A stretch of DNA of 64,000 nucleotides from Hemiscyllium ocellatum (taxonomy: Eukaryota): positions 744,001 through 808,000 of the forward strand of contig NW_026867602.1 of NCBI RefSeq assembly GCF_020745735.1, written 5' to 3'. Both the position numbers and the translations under genes were made by a program. Shown one piece after another: positions 1 to 10,974 of the stretch (position 1 is its first letter; every line of letters starts with the position of its first letter). The notes beneath the pieces were generated by a model, which ran no database searches, was not told the origin of the DNA, and worked only from the letters and a program-made list of their open reading frames with translations.

Positions 1-69
1 GAATCGCCTGCTCCTGAGCTCGTCTCGAGGTTTCGAGCACGGGGCTCAGGAGTGCTCCGTGACCCTTCC
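1..69 (-). CDS. Candidate WB cytoplasmic exon (GKGHGALLSPVLETSRRAQEQAI..., runs off the window)
   Basis: Acceptor-like tttggcttcAG at 71-70 with a phase-1 frame open to the window edge. An alternative AG near 151 is also in an open frame, so this is unresolved. Confidence 0.3.
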
Positions 70-301
70 CTGAAGCCAAACACCATCCCCTTCCCACCCC
101 AACCCCCACCCCACCCAGGGAGGGGGGAGGGAACGCTAGACGTGACCGTCTCTGGCCATGATGTTTCGACCAATGGAGAGTGAGGGGCAAGGACGTCAAT
201 TCAGATCCAGACATGCGTGAGGGGGGGGCAAGCTCTCATCCCCACCCTCCAGCCACCACCCCCCCCTCCCTCTCCCCCGCTACCCCCACCCCAATCATTA
301 C

Positions 302-412
302 CTTGAGACTTCAGGTGAAGGTAGACAGCGACCATGACGAAGATGGCTCCCACAATTCCAAACAATATTCCCAAAATGGCAGCCGGCGACAGAGAGAAAT
401 GGTGACCGCCGA
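302..412 (-). CDS. WB: WB exon 4, connecting peptide and transmembrane segment
   Basis: Acceptor cctcccccAG at 414-413 and donor CAAG|GTAAT at 302/301; 111 nt. VGGHHFSLSPAAILGILFGIVGAIFVMVAVYLHLKSQ has a GxxxGxxG TM like class II beta chains. Confidence 0.85.
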
Positions 413-3400
413 CTGGGGGAGGGGCAAAGGGGGGGGGCAAGCAGAGGGGCAAATAACACAGCAAGAGGTCAACAGGGAATCCACCAGCCCCCCGACACCC
501 ACCCACCCACCCCCCCACCAAACCCTCCCAGCGACAGCACGGGGCTAGATACAGAGTAAAGCTCCCTCTACACTGTCCCCCATCAAACACTCCCAGGGAC
601 AAGGGGTTAGATACAGAGTAAAGCTTCCTCTACACTGTCCCCCCATCAAACACTCCCAGGGACAGGGACAGCACGGGGTTAGATACAGAGTAAAGCTCCC
701 TCTACACTGTTCCCCCATCAAACACTCCCAGGGACAGGGGGTTAGGTACAGAGTAAAGCTCCCTCTACACTGTCCCCCATCAAACACTCCCAGGGACAGC
801 ACGGGATTAGATACAGAGTAAAGCTCCCTCTACACTGATCCCCCATCAAACACTCCCAGGGACAGCACGGGATTAGATACAGGGTAAAGCTCCCTCTACA
901 CTGTCCCCCTTCAAACACTCCCAGGGACAGGGACAGCACGGGATTAGATACAGAGTAAAGCTCCCTCTACATTGTCCCCATCAAACACTCCCAGGGACAG
1001 GGGATTAGATACAGAGTAAAGCTCCCTCTACATTGTCCCCATCAAACCCTCCCAGGGACAGGGGGTTAGCTACAGAGTAAAGCTCCCTCTACACTGTTCC
1101 TAGCAGGGAAGCCTGACTGTCGGACACAGGGCCAGGGGTTGTGGTGTTAGCGGACATACCCCAGTCCAGGCGATACCCCTCTGGGTAGGGGTAGGAGGCG
1201 TGCTGAACCAGGCAGGTGTAGGTAGCGGGAGGCTCAGGCTCCACGGTGATGTAGGCCGCAGTCTGGAAGGTCCCTTGGCTGTTGGGGAGGATGGGAAGGT
1301 GCAGCACCACGGGGCCCATGTCCTCTCCGTCCCTCAGCCAGCTCACATTCACCGCTCGGGGGGAGAAGCCCGTCACTGAGCATCGCAGCTGCTGGGCCAG
1401 GCCATTCCATGACTGACCCTCCGACTGGATTCGTACCGAGGGAGGCACTGAGGAAAGGCAGGGGTTAGTCCCACTCTGACCGCACTCCCATTCAGCTCCC
1501 CCTACCCACCCTGCCAGCCTGTTACACAGCAACACGAGGCCATTCAGCCCTTCCTCTACCTGTTACACAGCAACACGAGGCCATTCAGCCCTTCCTCTAC
1601 CTGTTACACAGGAATACGAGGCCATTCAGCCCCTCCTCCTCCAGCCTGTTACACAGGAATACGAGGCCATTCAGCCCTTCCTCTACCTGTTACACAGGAA
1701 CAGGAGGCCATTCAGCCCCTCCTCTACCTGTTACACAGGAACAGGAGGCCATTCAGCCCCTCCTCATCCAGCCTGTTACACAGGGACAGGAGGCCATTCA
1801 GCCCCTCCCCCTCCAGCCTGTTACACAGGAACACGAGGCCATTCAGCCCCTCCTCCTCCGGCCTGTTACACAGGGACAGGAGGCCATTCAGCCCCTCCCC
1901 CTCCAGCCTGTTACACAGGAACAGGAGGCCATTCAGCCCCTCCTCCTCCAGCCTGTTACACAGGAACAGGAGGCCATTCAGCCCCTCCTCCTCCAGCCTG
2001 TTACACAGGAACAGGAGGCCACTCAGCCCCTCCTCCTCCAGCCTGTTACACAGGAACACGAGGCCATTCAGCCCCTCCCCCTCCAGCCTGTTACACAGGA
2101 ACACGAGGCCATTCAGCCCCTCCTCCAGCCTGTTACACAGGAACACGAGGCCATTCAGCCCCTCCTCTACCTGTTACACAGGAACAGGAGGCCACTCAGC
2201 CCGTCCCTTGCCCAATCCCTGTGAGACACGATGTACAGCGAGTTCCATTTTGCAAAAATGCAGCAACCCTTGGCTTTATTTTCAAAGCACCACCCACCCA
2301 GCCCCCCCCACCCCTCCCATTTCTAGTGCCCAGTCACTAACCCAGAGACGTGAACACAAATACAAAATGTTCTTTTTATAAGCGATGAAAATAACAATCC
2401 GAAAATAGGACCATGAGACAACGTCGAAAACAGGAACTATGCTTGCCCTGTGAAAACAGGAACAATGACACATGGTTCGGGCTGGGACGGACGAGCCCCC
2501 AGCAACGCGAAGGTGTTTACCACAACAGGATCGCGACCAGGTGGGCCGATGTGTGGCAGATGGAGTTTAATTCGGATAAACGCGAGGGGCTGCATTTTGG
2601 GAAAGCAAACCTTAGCAGGACTTAATGGTCAGGTCCTGGGGGAGTGTTGCTGAACAGAGAGACCTTGGAGTGCAGGTTCATAGCTCCTTGAAAGTGGAGT
2701 CGCAGGTAGATAGGATAGTGAAGGCAGCGTTTGGGATGCTTTCCTTTACTGGTCAGAGTATTGAGTACAGGAGTTGGGAAGTCATGTTGCGGCTGTACAG
2801 GACATTGGTTAGGCCACTGTTGGAATATTGTGTGCAATTCTGGTCTCCTTCCTATCGGAAAGATGTTGTGAAACTTGAAAGGGTTCAGAAAAGATTTATG
2901 AAGATGTTGCCAGGGTTGGAGGGTCTGAGCTACAGGGAGAGGCTGAACAGGCTGGGGCTGTTTTCCCTGGAGCGTCGGAGGCTGAGGGGTGACCTTATAG
3001 AGGTTTACAAAATTATGACGGGGACATGGATAGGGTAAATAGACAAGGTCTTTTCCCCCTGGGGTGGGGTAGCCCAGAACTAGAGGCTTATAAAATCACG
3101 AGGGGGACATGGATAGGGTAAATAGACAAGGTCTTTTCCCCCTGGGGTGGGGGAGCCCAGAACGAGAGGTTTATAAAATCATGAGGGGGGACATGGATAG
3201 GGTAAATAGACAAGGTATTTTCCCCCTGGGGTGGGGGAGCCCAGAACTAGAGGGGGATAGGTTTAAGGTGAGAGGTGGGAAAGGGACCTGAGGGGTAACT
3301 ATTTCCCCCAGAGGGTGGTGCGTGTGTGGAACGAGTTGCCAGAGGAAGTGGTGGGGGCTGGTACAATGACACCATTTAAATGGACCGGGGGGGGGGTCAT

Positions 3401-6400
3401 GGATAGGAAGGGTTTAGGGGGAGATGGGGCCAAGGGCTGGGGAACGGGGACTGGATTAGTTTAGGATCTCTGGGTCAGCACGGACGAGTTGGGCCGAAGG
3501 GTCTGTTTCCGAGCTGACTCCGAGAAAGGCAGGGGATTACAAACTGGTCAGTTTAATCTCGAGAGAGAATCATTCGGGGATCGAAGTAGGAAGTACATAG
3601 GGAGACCGGGGGGGGGGGGGGGGGGGGGGGGTGCGGAGGGGGGTGGATTCAGAAGGGACAGGATCGATTTCAGAAAAGGTTGATCTACCTTGCGGTGACG
3701 ACACAGAGAGGGAGAGGATTGACGAGGGTAGCACAGTGGATGCTGTGTGTATGGACATACTGAAGTTACAGTGCCACACAACAAGAGCAGCTACAGATTG
3801 GTGGCTAAATGTGTCATTCTCAATGTGGAAATATATTTAGCTGAAGGGTGGGGACACAAGACCCACGTTCAGTCGATAGTTTCCAGGCTGGGGGCTGGAG
3901 CAGGTCCCCAGAGGCTGGCTAGAGGAACCTCGGTATTCCCTGAGATGAATCAAGGACCTGGGTGTGGGCAGGTACAGGTTCAGAGTCAGCAGATGGTGTT
4001 CACACATGGTAGAGCAGCTCCGACCCTCCCACAGCACCCGCTCCCTCAGCACTGACCCTCCACAGCCCCCGCTCCCTCAGCGCTGACCCTCCCACAGCCC
4101 CCGCTCCCTCAGCGCTGACCCTCCCACAGCACCCACTCCCTCAGCGCTGACCCTCCCACAGCCCCCGCTCCCTCAGCACTGACCCTCCCACAGCACCCGC
4201 TCCCTCAGCACTGACCCTCCCACAGCGCCCGCTCCCTCAGCACTGACCCTCCCACAGCACCCGCTCCCTCAGCACTGACCCTCCCACAGCGCCCACTCCC
4301 TCAGCACTGACCCTCCCACAGCACCCACTCCCTCAGCGCTGACCCTCCCACAGCGCCCGCTCCCTCAACACTGACCCTCCCACAGCGCCCACTCCCTCAG
4401 CACTGACCCTCCCACAGCACCCGCTCCCTCAGCACTGACCCTCCCACAGCCCCCGCTCCCTCAGCACTGACCCTCCCACAACAATCAATCCAGACTGCCT
4501 TCAACTGTCAGTCCTGCTACCCCAAACACCCGCTCCCCCCCACCCCACCCCACCCCACCCCCCCAGGACCCCCACCCCTACCCTTGCTGCTCCCGGTGTT
4601 AACCTGTAACCAAAAAACCGTGAGATGGATTTTGGGGATCCTGCAGTATGGAAACAAGCCCTTTGACCCAACCATCCACACCAGCCCTGTGTACTGTAAC
4701 CCACCCAGACCCATTCTCCCTGCTCTTTATTTAGCACGGTCAATCCCCCCTAACCTGCACATCCCTGGGCACTACGGGGACAATTTAGCTCGGCCAATCC
4801 ACCCTAACCTGCACATCCCTGGGCACTACGGGACAATTTAGCACGGCCAATCCACCCTAACCTGCACATCCCTGGGCACTACGGGGACAATTTAGCACGG
4901 CCAATCCCATCCTAACCTGCACATCCCTGGGCACTACGGGACAATTTAGCACGGCCAATCCACCCTAACCTGTACATCCCTGGGCACTACGGGGACAATT
5001 TAGCACGGCCAATCCCACCCTAACCTGCACATCCCTGGGCACTACGGGACAATTTAGCACGGCCAATCCCACCCTAACCTGTACATCCCTGGGCACTACG
5101 GGGACAATTTAGCACGGTCAATCCCCCCCTAACCTGCACATCCCTGGGCACTACGGGGACAATTTAGCACGGCCAATCCCACCCTAACCTGCACATCCCT
5201 GGGCACTACGGGGACAATTTAGCACGGCCAATCCCACCCTAACCTGCACATCCCTGGGCACTACGGGGACAATTTAGCACGGCCAATCCCACCCTAACCT
5301 GCACATCCCTGGGCACTACGGGGACAATTTAGCACGGCCAATCCCACCCTAACCTGTACATCCCTGGGCACTACGGGGGACAATTTAGCACGGCCGATCC
5401 CACCCTAACCTGCACATCCCTGGGCACTACGGGGACAATTTAGCACGGCCGATCCCACCCTAACCTGCACATCCCTGGGCACTACGGGGACAATTTAGCA
5501 CGGCCGATCCCACCCTAACCTGCACATCCCTGGGCACTACGGGGACAATTTAGCACGGCCGATCCCACCCTAACCTGCACATCCCTGGGCACTACGGGGA
5601 CAATTTAGCACGGCCAATCCCACCCTAACCTGCACATCCCTGAGCACTACGGGGACAATTTAGCACGGCCAATCCACCCTAACCTGCACATCCCTGGGCA
5701 CTACGGGGACAATTTAGCACGGCCAATCCCACCCTAACCTGCACATCCTGGGCACTACGGGGACAATTTAGCACGGCCAATCCCACCCTAACCTGCACAT
5801 CCCTGGGCACTACGGGGACAATTTAGCACGGCCAATCCCACCCTAACCTGCACATCCCTGGGCACTACGGGGACAATTTAGCACGGCCAATCCCACCCTA
5901 ACCTGCACATGTGTTGGCCTGTGAGGGAACCCACACAGACACGGGGGGAATGTGCAGACCCCCACACAGACAGACAGCGAGCCACTGAGTCACCGTGCTA
6001 CAGGAGTCAGGGATTGAGAGTGAACTCCCTACCTGTCTGATCCAGGATTGGCTTTGCAGCTTCCAGGAGCTGCTGGGTTAAAGTGATGCCCTGCTGTATC
6101 GCAGAATCCACTTTGTCCAGGATGCCCGGGTCCTTGTTCAGGGCATCCACCTCGGCTTTCAGTGCTGTGCCCTCCACAGTGAAGTGGTGCGTCTGGGTGT
6201 TGTAGCGGGTAAGTGTCCTCCTGTTGTAGGCCAGCGCCCAGCTACATCCGGTCGTGTCTCCTGCAGCGACCGCCGCGCGATCGCACTCCAGTAGTTGTTG
6301 TACCACGTCTGGAGAGCCAGAGCAGAGTGACACCGAGGGGGATGGTGAGGGCGGCTGTGGAGCTGGGCGCCAATGCAGTGCAGACCTGGCAGATTCGTGG

Positions 6401-8040
6401 TGTGTGGACGGCACCGGCAGTGACCCTTCAGCCCGTCGCGGCTGGGCTAGCCACCAATCAGATCCATCCAGAACCGTCACTGNNNNNNNNNNNNNNNNNN
6501 NNNNNNNNNNNNNNNNNNNNNNNNNNNNNNNNNNNNNNNNNNNNNNNNNNNNNNNNNNNNNNNNNNNNNNNNNNNNNNNNNNNNNNNNNNNNNNNNNNNN
6601 NNNNNNNNNNNNNNNNNCCCCCTCTCTCTCTAACAGACTGAGTTTCCTCAGTAATTTCGGGGGTGGTTTCAGATTCCGGAAGGCTGCCTTTTGATGTTTC
6701 CCAGGATGTTGTCTGGACTGGAACACCTCGGAAGGGTTTATAGGATTTAACAGGGGGATCCCGAGGAGAGGGAGTGTGTTAGTATTTAGACAGGGTAGGT
6801 CCCCAGNNNNNNNNNNNNNNNNNNNNNNNNNNNNNNNNNNNNNNNNNNNNNNNNNNNNNNNNNNNNNNNNNNNNNNNNNNNNNNNNNNNNNNNNNNNNNN
6901 NNNNNNNNNNNNNNNNNNNNNNNNNNNNNNNNNNNNNNNNNNNNNNNNNNNNNNNNNNNNNNNNNNNNNNNNNNNNNNNNNNNNNNNNNNNNNNNNNNNN
7001 NNNNNNNNNNNNNNNNNNNNNNNNNCAGAGACACACACTCTCTCACNNNNNNNNNNNNNNNNNNNNNNNNNNNNNNNNNNNNNNNNNNNNNNNNNNNNNN
7101 NNNNNNNNNNNNNNNNNNNNNNNNNNNNNNNNNNNNNNNNNNNNNNNNNNNNNNNNNNNNNNNNNNNNNNNNNNNNNNNNNNNNNNNNNNNNNNNNNNNN
7201 NNNNNNNNNNNNNNNNNNNNNNNNNNNNNNNNNNNNNNNNNNNNTACACACACACAGACACATTCTGTCACACACTCTCTCACACACACACTCTCACATA
7301 CACGCAGACACTCTTTCTGACACACAGATACATTCTCTCTCACACACACACTCACACACACAAATACATTCTATCTCACACAGACACTCTCTNNNNNNNN
7401 NNNNNNNNNNNNNNNNNNNNNNNNNNNNNNNNNNNNNNNNNNNNNNNNNNNNNNNNNNNNNNNNNNNNNNNNNNNNNNNNNNNNNNNNNNNNNNNNNNNN
7501 NNNNNNNNNNNNNNNNNNNNNNNNNNNNNNNNNNNNNNNNNNNNNNNNNNNNNNNNNNNNNNNNNNNNNNNNNNNNNNNNNNNNNNNNNNNNNNNNNNNN
7601 NNNNNNNNNNNNNNNNNNNNNNNNNNNNNNNNNTCTCACACAGAGACACACTCTCTCTCTCACACACAGACACACTCACACAGACACACTCACACACACA
7701 CACAGACACACTCACACACACACACACTCTCTCTCACACAGATACATTCTCTGTCTCACACACACTCACATGCACACAGACACACTCTTTCACACACATT
7801 CTCTCTCTCACACAAAGTCTCTCTCTCTCCCCCCTCCACCCCCACACACCCCCCCACCCCCCACACACACCCTCCCACCCCTTCCCCCCCCCCCCCCCCC
7901 CCCCCACACACACCCTCCCACACCCCCTCCCACACCCCAGGAACCTTACCCAATGCTGGAACGACCCTGAGAAAGCCGCAGACGTACAGCGCAGCGGGGA
8001 GCAGCACCGCTCTGTCAGCGGAGTTACGCCGACACACCAT
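302..8040 (-). CDS. WB: MHC W-category beta chain (WB)-like gene, spliced CDS: join(complement 7950-8040, 6033-6308, 1160-1447, 302-412) plus an unresolved cytoplasmic exon
   Basis: Four exons, all GT-AG with phase 1-1 junctions as in MHC genes (91+276+288+111 nt, one open frame). Leader, class I alpha2/class II beta1-like domain, C1-set Ig domain with class I alpha3 motifs, class II-beta-like TM. Divergent partner alpha gene at 11278. Confidence 0.85.
531..1097 (+). repeat. Minisatellite family A (about 50-58 bp), about 10 copies, WB intron 3
   Basis: Unit gggacagcacggggttagatacagagtaaagctccctctacactgtcccccatcaaacactccca. Confidence 0.95.
1160..1447 (-). CDS. WB: WB exon 3, C1-set Ig domain (beta2), class I alpha3-like
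   Basis: Acceptor tgcctttcctcAG at 1449-1448 and donor TGGG|GTATGT at 1160/1159; 288 nt. VPPSVRI...LRCSVTGFSPRAVNVSWLRDGED...ILPNSQGTFQT...YTCLVQHAS...LDW has the canonical C-W-C C1 pattern. Confidence 0.92.
1513..2202 (+). repeat. 38-43 bp minisatellite, about 16 copies, WB intron 2
   Basis: Unit cagcctgttacacaggaacaggaggccattcagcccctcctcctc. Confidence 0.95.
2542..3505 (+). mobile_element. 5'-truncated CR1-clade LINE (HER1-like), RT C-terminus and 3' tail
   Basis: ORF 2625-3038 contains LYRTLVRPLLEYCVQFWSP...LERVQKRF...ERRRLRGDLIEVYKI. 3' tail gggccgaagggtctgtttcc near 3490. Confidence 0.9.
4021..4480 (-). repeat. 32-bp minisatellite, about 14 copies; reverse complement of the large G-rich satellite at 52313-64000
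   Basis: Unit on + is ccctcccacagcacccgctccctcagcactga. Confidence 0.95.
4620..5975 (-). mobile_element. HE1-type (V-SINE) element with an internally amplified segment
   Basis: Reverse complement reads ctgtctgtgtgg...tgcacattcccccc...ggttcc...gatgtgcaggttaggtgggattggccgtgctaaattgtcccc, ending in the LINE-shared tail (aaacaagccctttgacccaacc on +). Confidence 0.75.
4732..5910 (+). repeat. 54-55 bp tandem repeat, about 21 copies, derived from the SINE body
   Basis: Unit ccctaacctgcacatccctgggcactacggggacaatttagcacggccaatccca; period 55 (ggaca at 5761 and 5816). Confidence 0.95.
6033..6308 (-). CDS. WB: WB exon 2, membrane-distal beta1 (groove) domain
   Basis: Acceptor ctctggctctccAG at 6310-6309 and donor ACAG|GTAGG at 6033/6032; 276 nt. 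Translation DVVQQLLECDRAAVAAGDTTGCSWALAYNRRTLTRYN...LLEAAKPILDQT. QxxxxC, AY(N/D) and C-terminal LExxKxxLxxT match class I alpha2 (Q96, C101, A117-Y118, LENGKETLQRT). Confidence 0.85.
7026..7830 (+). repeat. Degenerate (CA)n/(CT)n microsatellite with N gaps, WB intron 1
   Basis: Direct inspection. Confidence 0.9.
7950..8040 (-). CDS. WB: WB exon 1, signal peptide MVCRRNSADRAVLLPAALYVCGFLRVVPAL
   Basis: GCC-ATG-G Kozak at 8040. Basic N-terminus then a hydrophobic core. Donor TTGG|GTAAG at 7950/7949, phase 1; G+AC gives Asp joining exon 2. Confidence 0.8.
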
Positions 8041-8096
8041 GGCCCGCGTCCGTCCGCCAAACCTCGCTGCGGAGTGAGCCCTGGACTCGGAGTCCC

Positions 8097-8108
8097 TTCC
8101 CGGGAAGT
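8097..8108. promoter_or_regulatory. STAT N4-type palindrome TTCCCGGGAA overlapping an Ets core (GGAAGT), 57 bp upstream of the WB ATG
   Basis: Exact TTC-N4-GAA match at 8097-8106 in a CpG-rich proximal region; function not shown. Confidence 0.35.
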
Positions 8109-9799
8109 GTGGCAGGATAACGGCGGTGTGTGGTTCAGGGCTGTGTGACAGTGAGGATATCCAGCCAGCTGCCTGGGCCTGGTTGAGGGGGTGGGAGGTT
8201 GGAGGGGGGTGTGTGTGTGTGTCAGTGTGTGTGTGTGCGCGCGTGGCTGGGTTGAAGCCAGGACGCGGTCGGTGTGTGGTTACGCTTGTTTGAGGCTGGC
8301 ATGACCGCACACAGAGTCTGTCTGACCTCATTCCAGGCGCGTCCGGCCCATGCCAAGCGCTTCCAAGGAATAAGGAACCTCGGACAGCATTCCTGGAATC
8401 GACCCTGGGGGGGGGGGAGGGGGTGCCAGGAGAAAGGGGGTTGGGATGAGGTGGGGGGGGGGGAGGTAGGCCACTCAGCCCTGCTTTCCCTTACTATCCC
8501 ACACCCTCCTTTCCTCCCCCCACACATAACACTGCTCCCTCTCCCTCCAGCTCCTCATCTCCCCTTCCCCAAAATCCGTCGATTCCAATGTCGTCTCGAT
8601 AGCCCCCCTCCCCCCTGCAGCTGGGGGGAGGGGAAGTAGGGGCAATGCGGATATTTTCTGAGGAGGAAGAGGCCACTCGGCCCCTCTTGGGCCTGCAGCC
8701 TCATTCTCTTGTCTCCTCTCTCTCCATTCCCACTCCTTCCTGAGCCACGTCCAATGCCTCAGCTCCCCCCACCCCATTGCCTTCTGTGGTAGAGGGTCTA
8801 CCCACACCCTCTCTGAGTGAAGACGTCCCACACCATCTCAGTCCCACCGTGAGGGGGTTCCACACTCACCCCTTCCCCAGCCATCGGGGGTCACTGAGCA
8901 GCAGCATGCTGGGAGAGTAAAGCCATTATATCCGTACACCCAGTGGACGGGGAGCTGCACTCGGTCTCTCCCCCTGTCCCATATNNNNNNNNNNNNNNNN
9001 NNNNNNNNNNNNNNNNNNNNNNNNNNNNNNNNNNNNNNNNNNNNNNNNNNNNNNNNNNNNNNNNNNNNNNNNNNNNNNNNNNNNNNNNNNNNNNNNNNNN
9101 NNNNNNNNNNNNNNNNNNNNNNNNNNNNNNNNNNNNNNNNNNNNNNNNNNNNNNNNNNNNNNNNNNNNNNNNNNNNNNNNNNNNNNNNNNNNNNNNNNNN
9201 NNNNNNNNNNNNNNNNNNNNNNNNNNNNNNNNNNNNNNNNNNCGTGTNNNNNNNNNNNNNNNNNNNNNNNNNNNNNNNNNNNNNNNNNNNNNNNNNNNNN
9301 NNNNNNNNNNNNNNNNNNNNNNNNNNNNNNNNNNNNNNNNNNNNNNNNNNNNNNNNNNNNNNNNNNNNNNNNNNNNNNNNNNNNNNNNNNNNNNNNNNNN
9401 NNNNNNNNNNNNNNNNNNNNNNNNNNNNNNNNNNNNNNNNNNNNNNNNNNNNNNNNNNNNNNNNNNNNNNNNNNNNNNNNNNNNNNNNNNNNNNNNNNNN
9501 NNNNNNNNNNNNNNNNNNNNNNNNNNNNNNNNNNNNNNNNNNNNNNNNNNNNNNNNNNNNNNNNNNNNNNNNNNNNNNNNNNNNNNNNNNNNNNNNNNNN
9601 NNNNNNNNNNNNNNNNNNNNNNNNNNNNNNNNNNNNNNNNNNNNNNNNNNNNNNNNNNNNNNNNNNNNNNNNNNNNNNGTTTATAAAGGGTCGAGACCCT
9701 CAATGCTTTAAGTGACACTTTGATGAGAGATCGCCTCTCTCTGAGAGAGAATTCACTAAATGAAATCAGAAACAGGAATCACTACAGCATCTCGGCAGG

Positions 9800-10765
9800 T
9801 CATAGAGCAATACAGCACGGAAACAGACCCTTCGGCCCAACCAGTCCGTGCTGACCCAGAGATCCGAAATTAATCCAGTCCCCATCCCCCAGCACTTGGC
9901 CTATCTCCCTCTAAACCCTTCCTCTCCATGTCCCTCCCCCCATCCTTTTAAATGTTGTCATTGTACCAGCCCCCACCACTTCCTCTGGCAGCTCGTTCCA
10001 TACACGTACCACCCTCTGGGGGGAAACGTTGCCCCTTAGGTCTCTTTTATATCTTTCCCCTCTCACCCTAAACCTATGCCCCTCTAGTTCTGGGCTCCCC
10101 GACCCCAGGGAAAAGACTTTGCCTATTTATCCTATCCATGTCCCTCATAATTTTATAAACCTCTATAAGGTCACCCCTCAGCCTCCGACGCTCCAGGGAA
10201 AACAGCCCCAGCCTGTTCAGCCTCTCCCTGTAGCTCAGACCCTCCAACCCTGGCAACATCCTTGTAAATCTTTTCTGAACCCTTTCAAGTTTCACAACAT
10301 CTTTCCGATAGGAAGGAGACCAGAATTGCACACAATATTCCAACAGTGGCCTAACCAATGTCCTGTACAGCTGCAACATGACCTCCCAACTCCTGTACTC
10401 AATACTCTGACCAATAAAGGAAAGCATACCAAACGCTGCCTTCACTATCCTATCTACCTGCGACTCCACTTTCAAGGAGCTATGAACCTGCACTCCAAGG
10501 TCTCTTTGTTCAGCAACACTCCCCAGGACCTTACCATTAAGTGTATAAGTCCTGCTAAGATTTGCTTTCCCAAAATGCAGCACCTCGCATTTATCTGAAC
10601 TAAACTCCATCTGCCACTTCTCAGCCCATTGGCCCATCTGGTCCAGATCCTGTTGTAATCTGAGGGAACCCTCTTCGCTGTCCACTCCACCGACAATTTT
10701 GGGGTCATCTGCAAACTTATTAACTGTACCTCTTATGCTCACATCCAAATCATTTATACAAATGA
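9800..10765 (-). mobile_element. 5'-truncated CR1-clade LINE (HER1-like) in the WA/WB intergenic region
   Basis: Minus ORF with VICINDLD...KFADDPKI...WQMEFSSDKCEVLHFG...LVRPLLEYCVQFWSP (RT YADD-equivalent). Reverse-complement 3' tail at about 9805-9850. Confidence 0.92.
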
Positions 10766-10974
10766 CGAAAACCCCAACAGGTCGACGAGGTGGAGCAAGC
10801 AAAGTTGGGTACGGTAAGATTGCTGACCGGGAAAGGTTGACCCAGTGTGTGTGAGGGGAGAGGTGGACGTGTCCCGTTCCAGTTCGGGCACCAGACAGAC
10901 TGAGAGGTCGAATGTCAGACCCAGAGCGCTGTTCCAAGAGGAAACACAGAAAGACAAAAACTACAAAGCCGTGG

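Noticed and set aside
1724-2146. 140-aa LCNRLEEEGLNGL repeat ORF
   Set aside because: Translation of the 38-43 bp minisatellite.
2275-2280. Sense-strand AATAAA in WB intron 2 as an intronic polyadenylation site
   Set aside because: A single hexamer in an AT-rich patch with no supporting terminal exon; expected by chance.
4732-5910. CRISPR-like or other prokaryotic repeat arrays (also 17782-19550, 23835-24670, 27211-27720)
   Set aside because: Head-to-tail tandem units with no unique spacers, in a spliced vertebrate locus with no cas genes.
302-8040. Calling the beta gene a class I heavy chain missing its alpha1 exon in an N gap
   Set aside because: The leader splices in phase directly to the single groove exon, the TM is class II-beta-like, and a complementary alpha chain lies head-to-head. 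A hidden exon in the 6483-7630 gaps cannot be formally excluded but is not needed.
8891-9718. Long ORFs spanning the intergenic N gap
   Set aside because: Composed almost entirely of X from unresolved bases.
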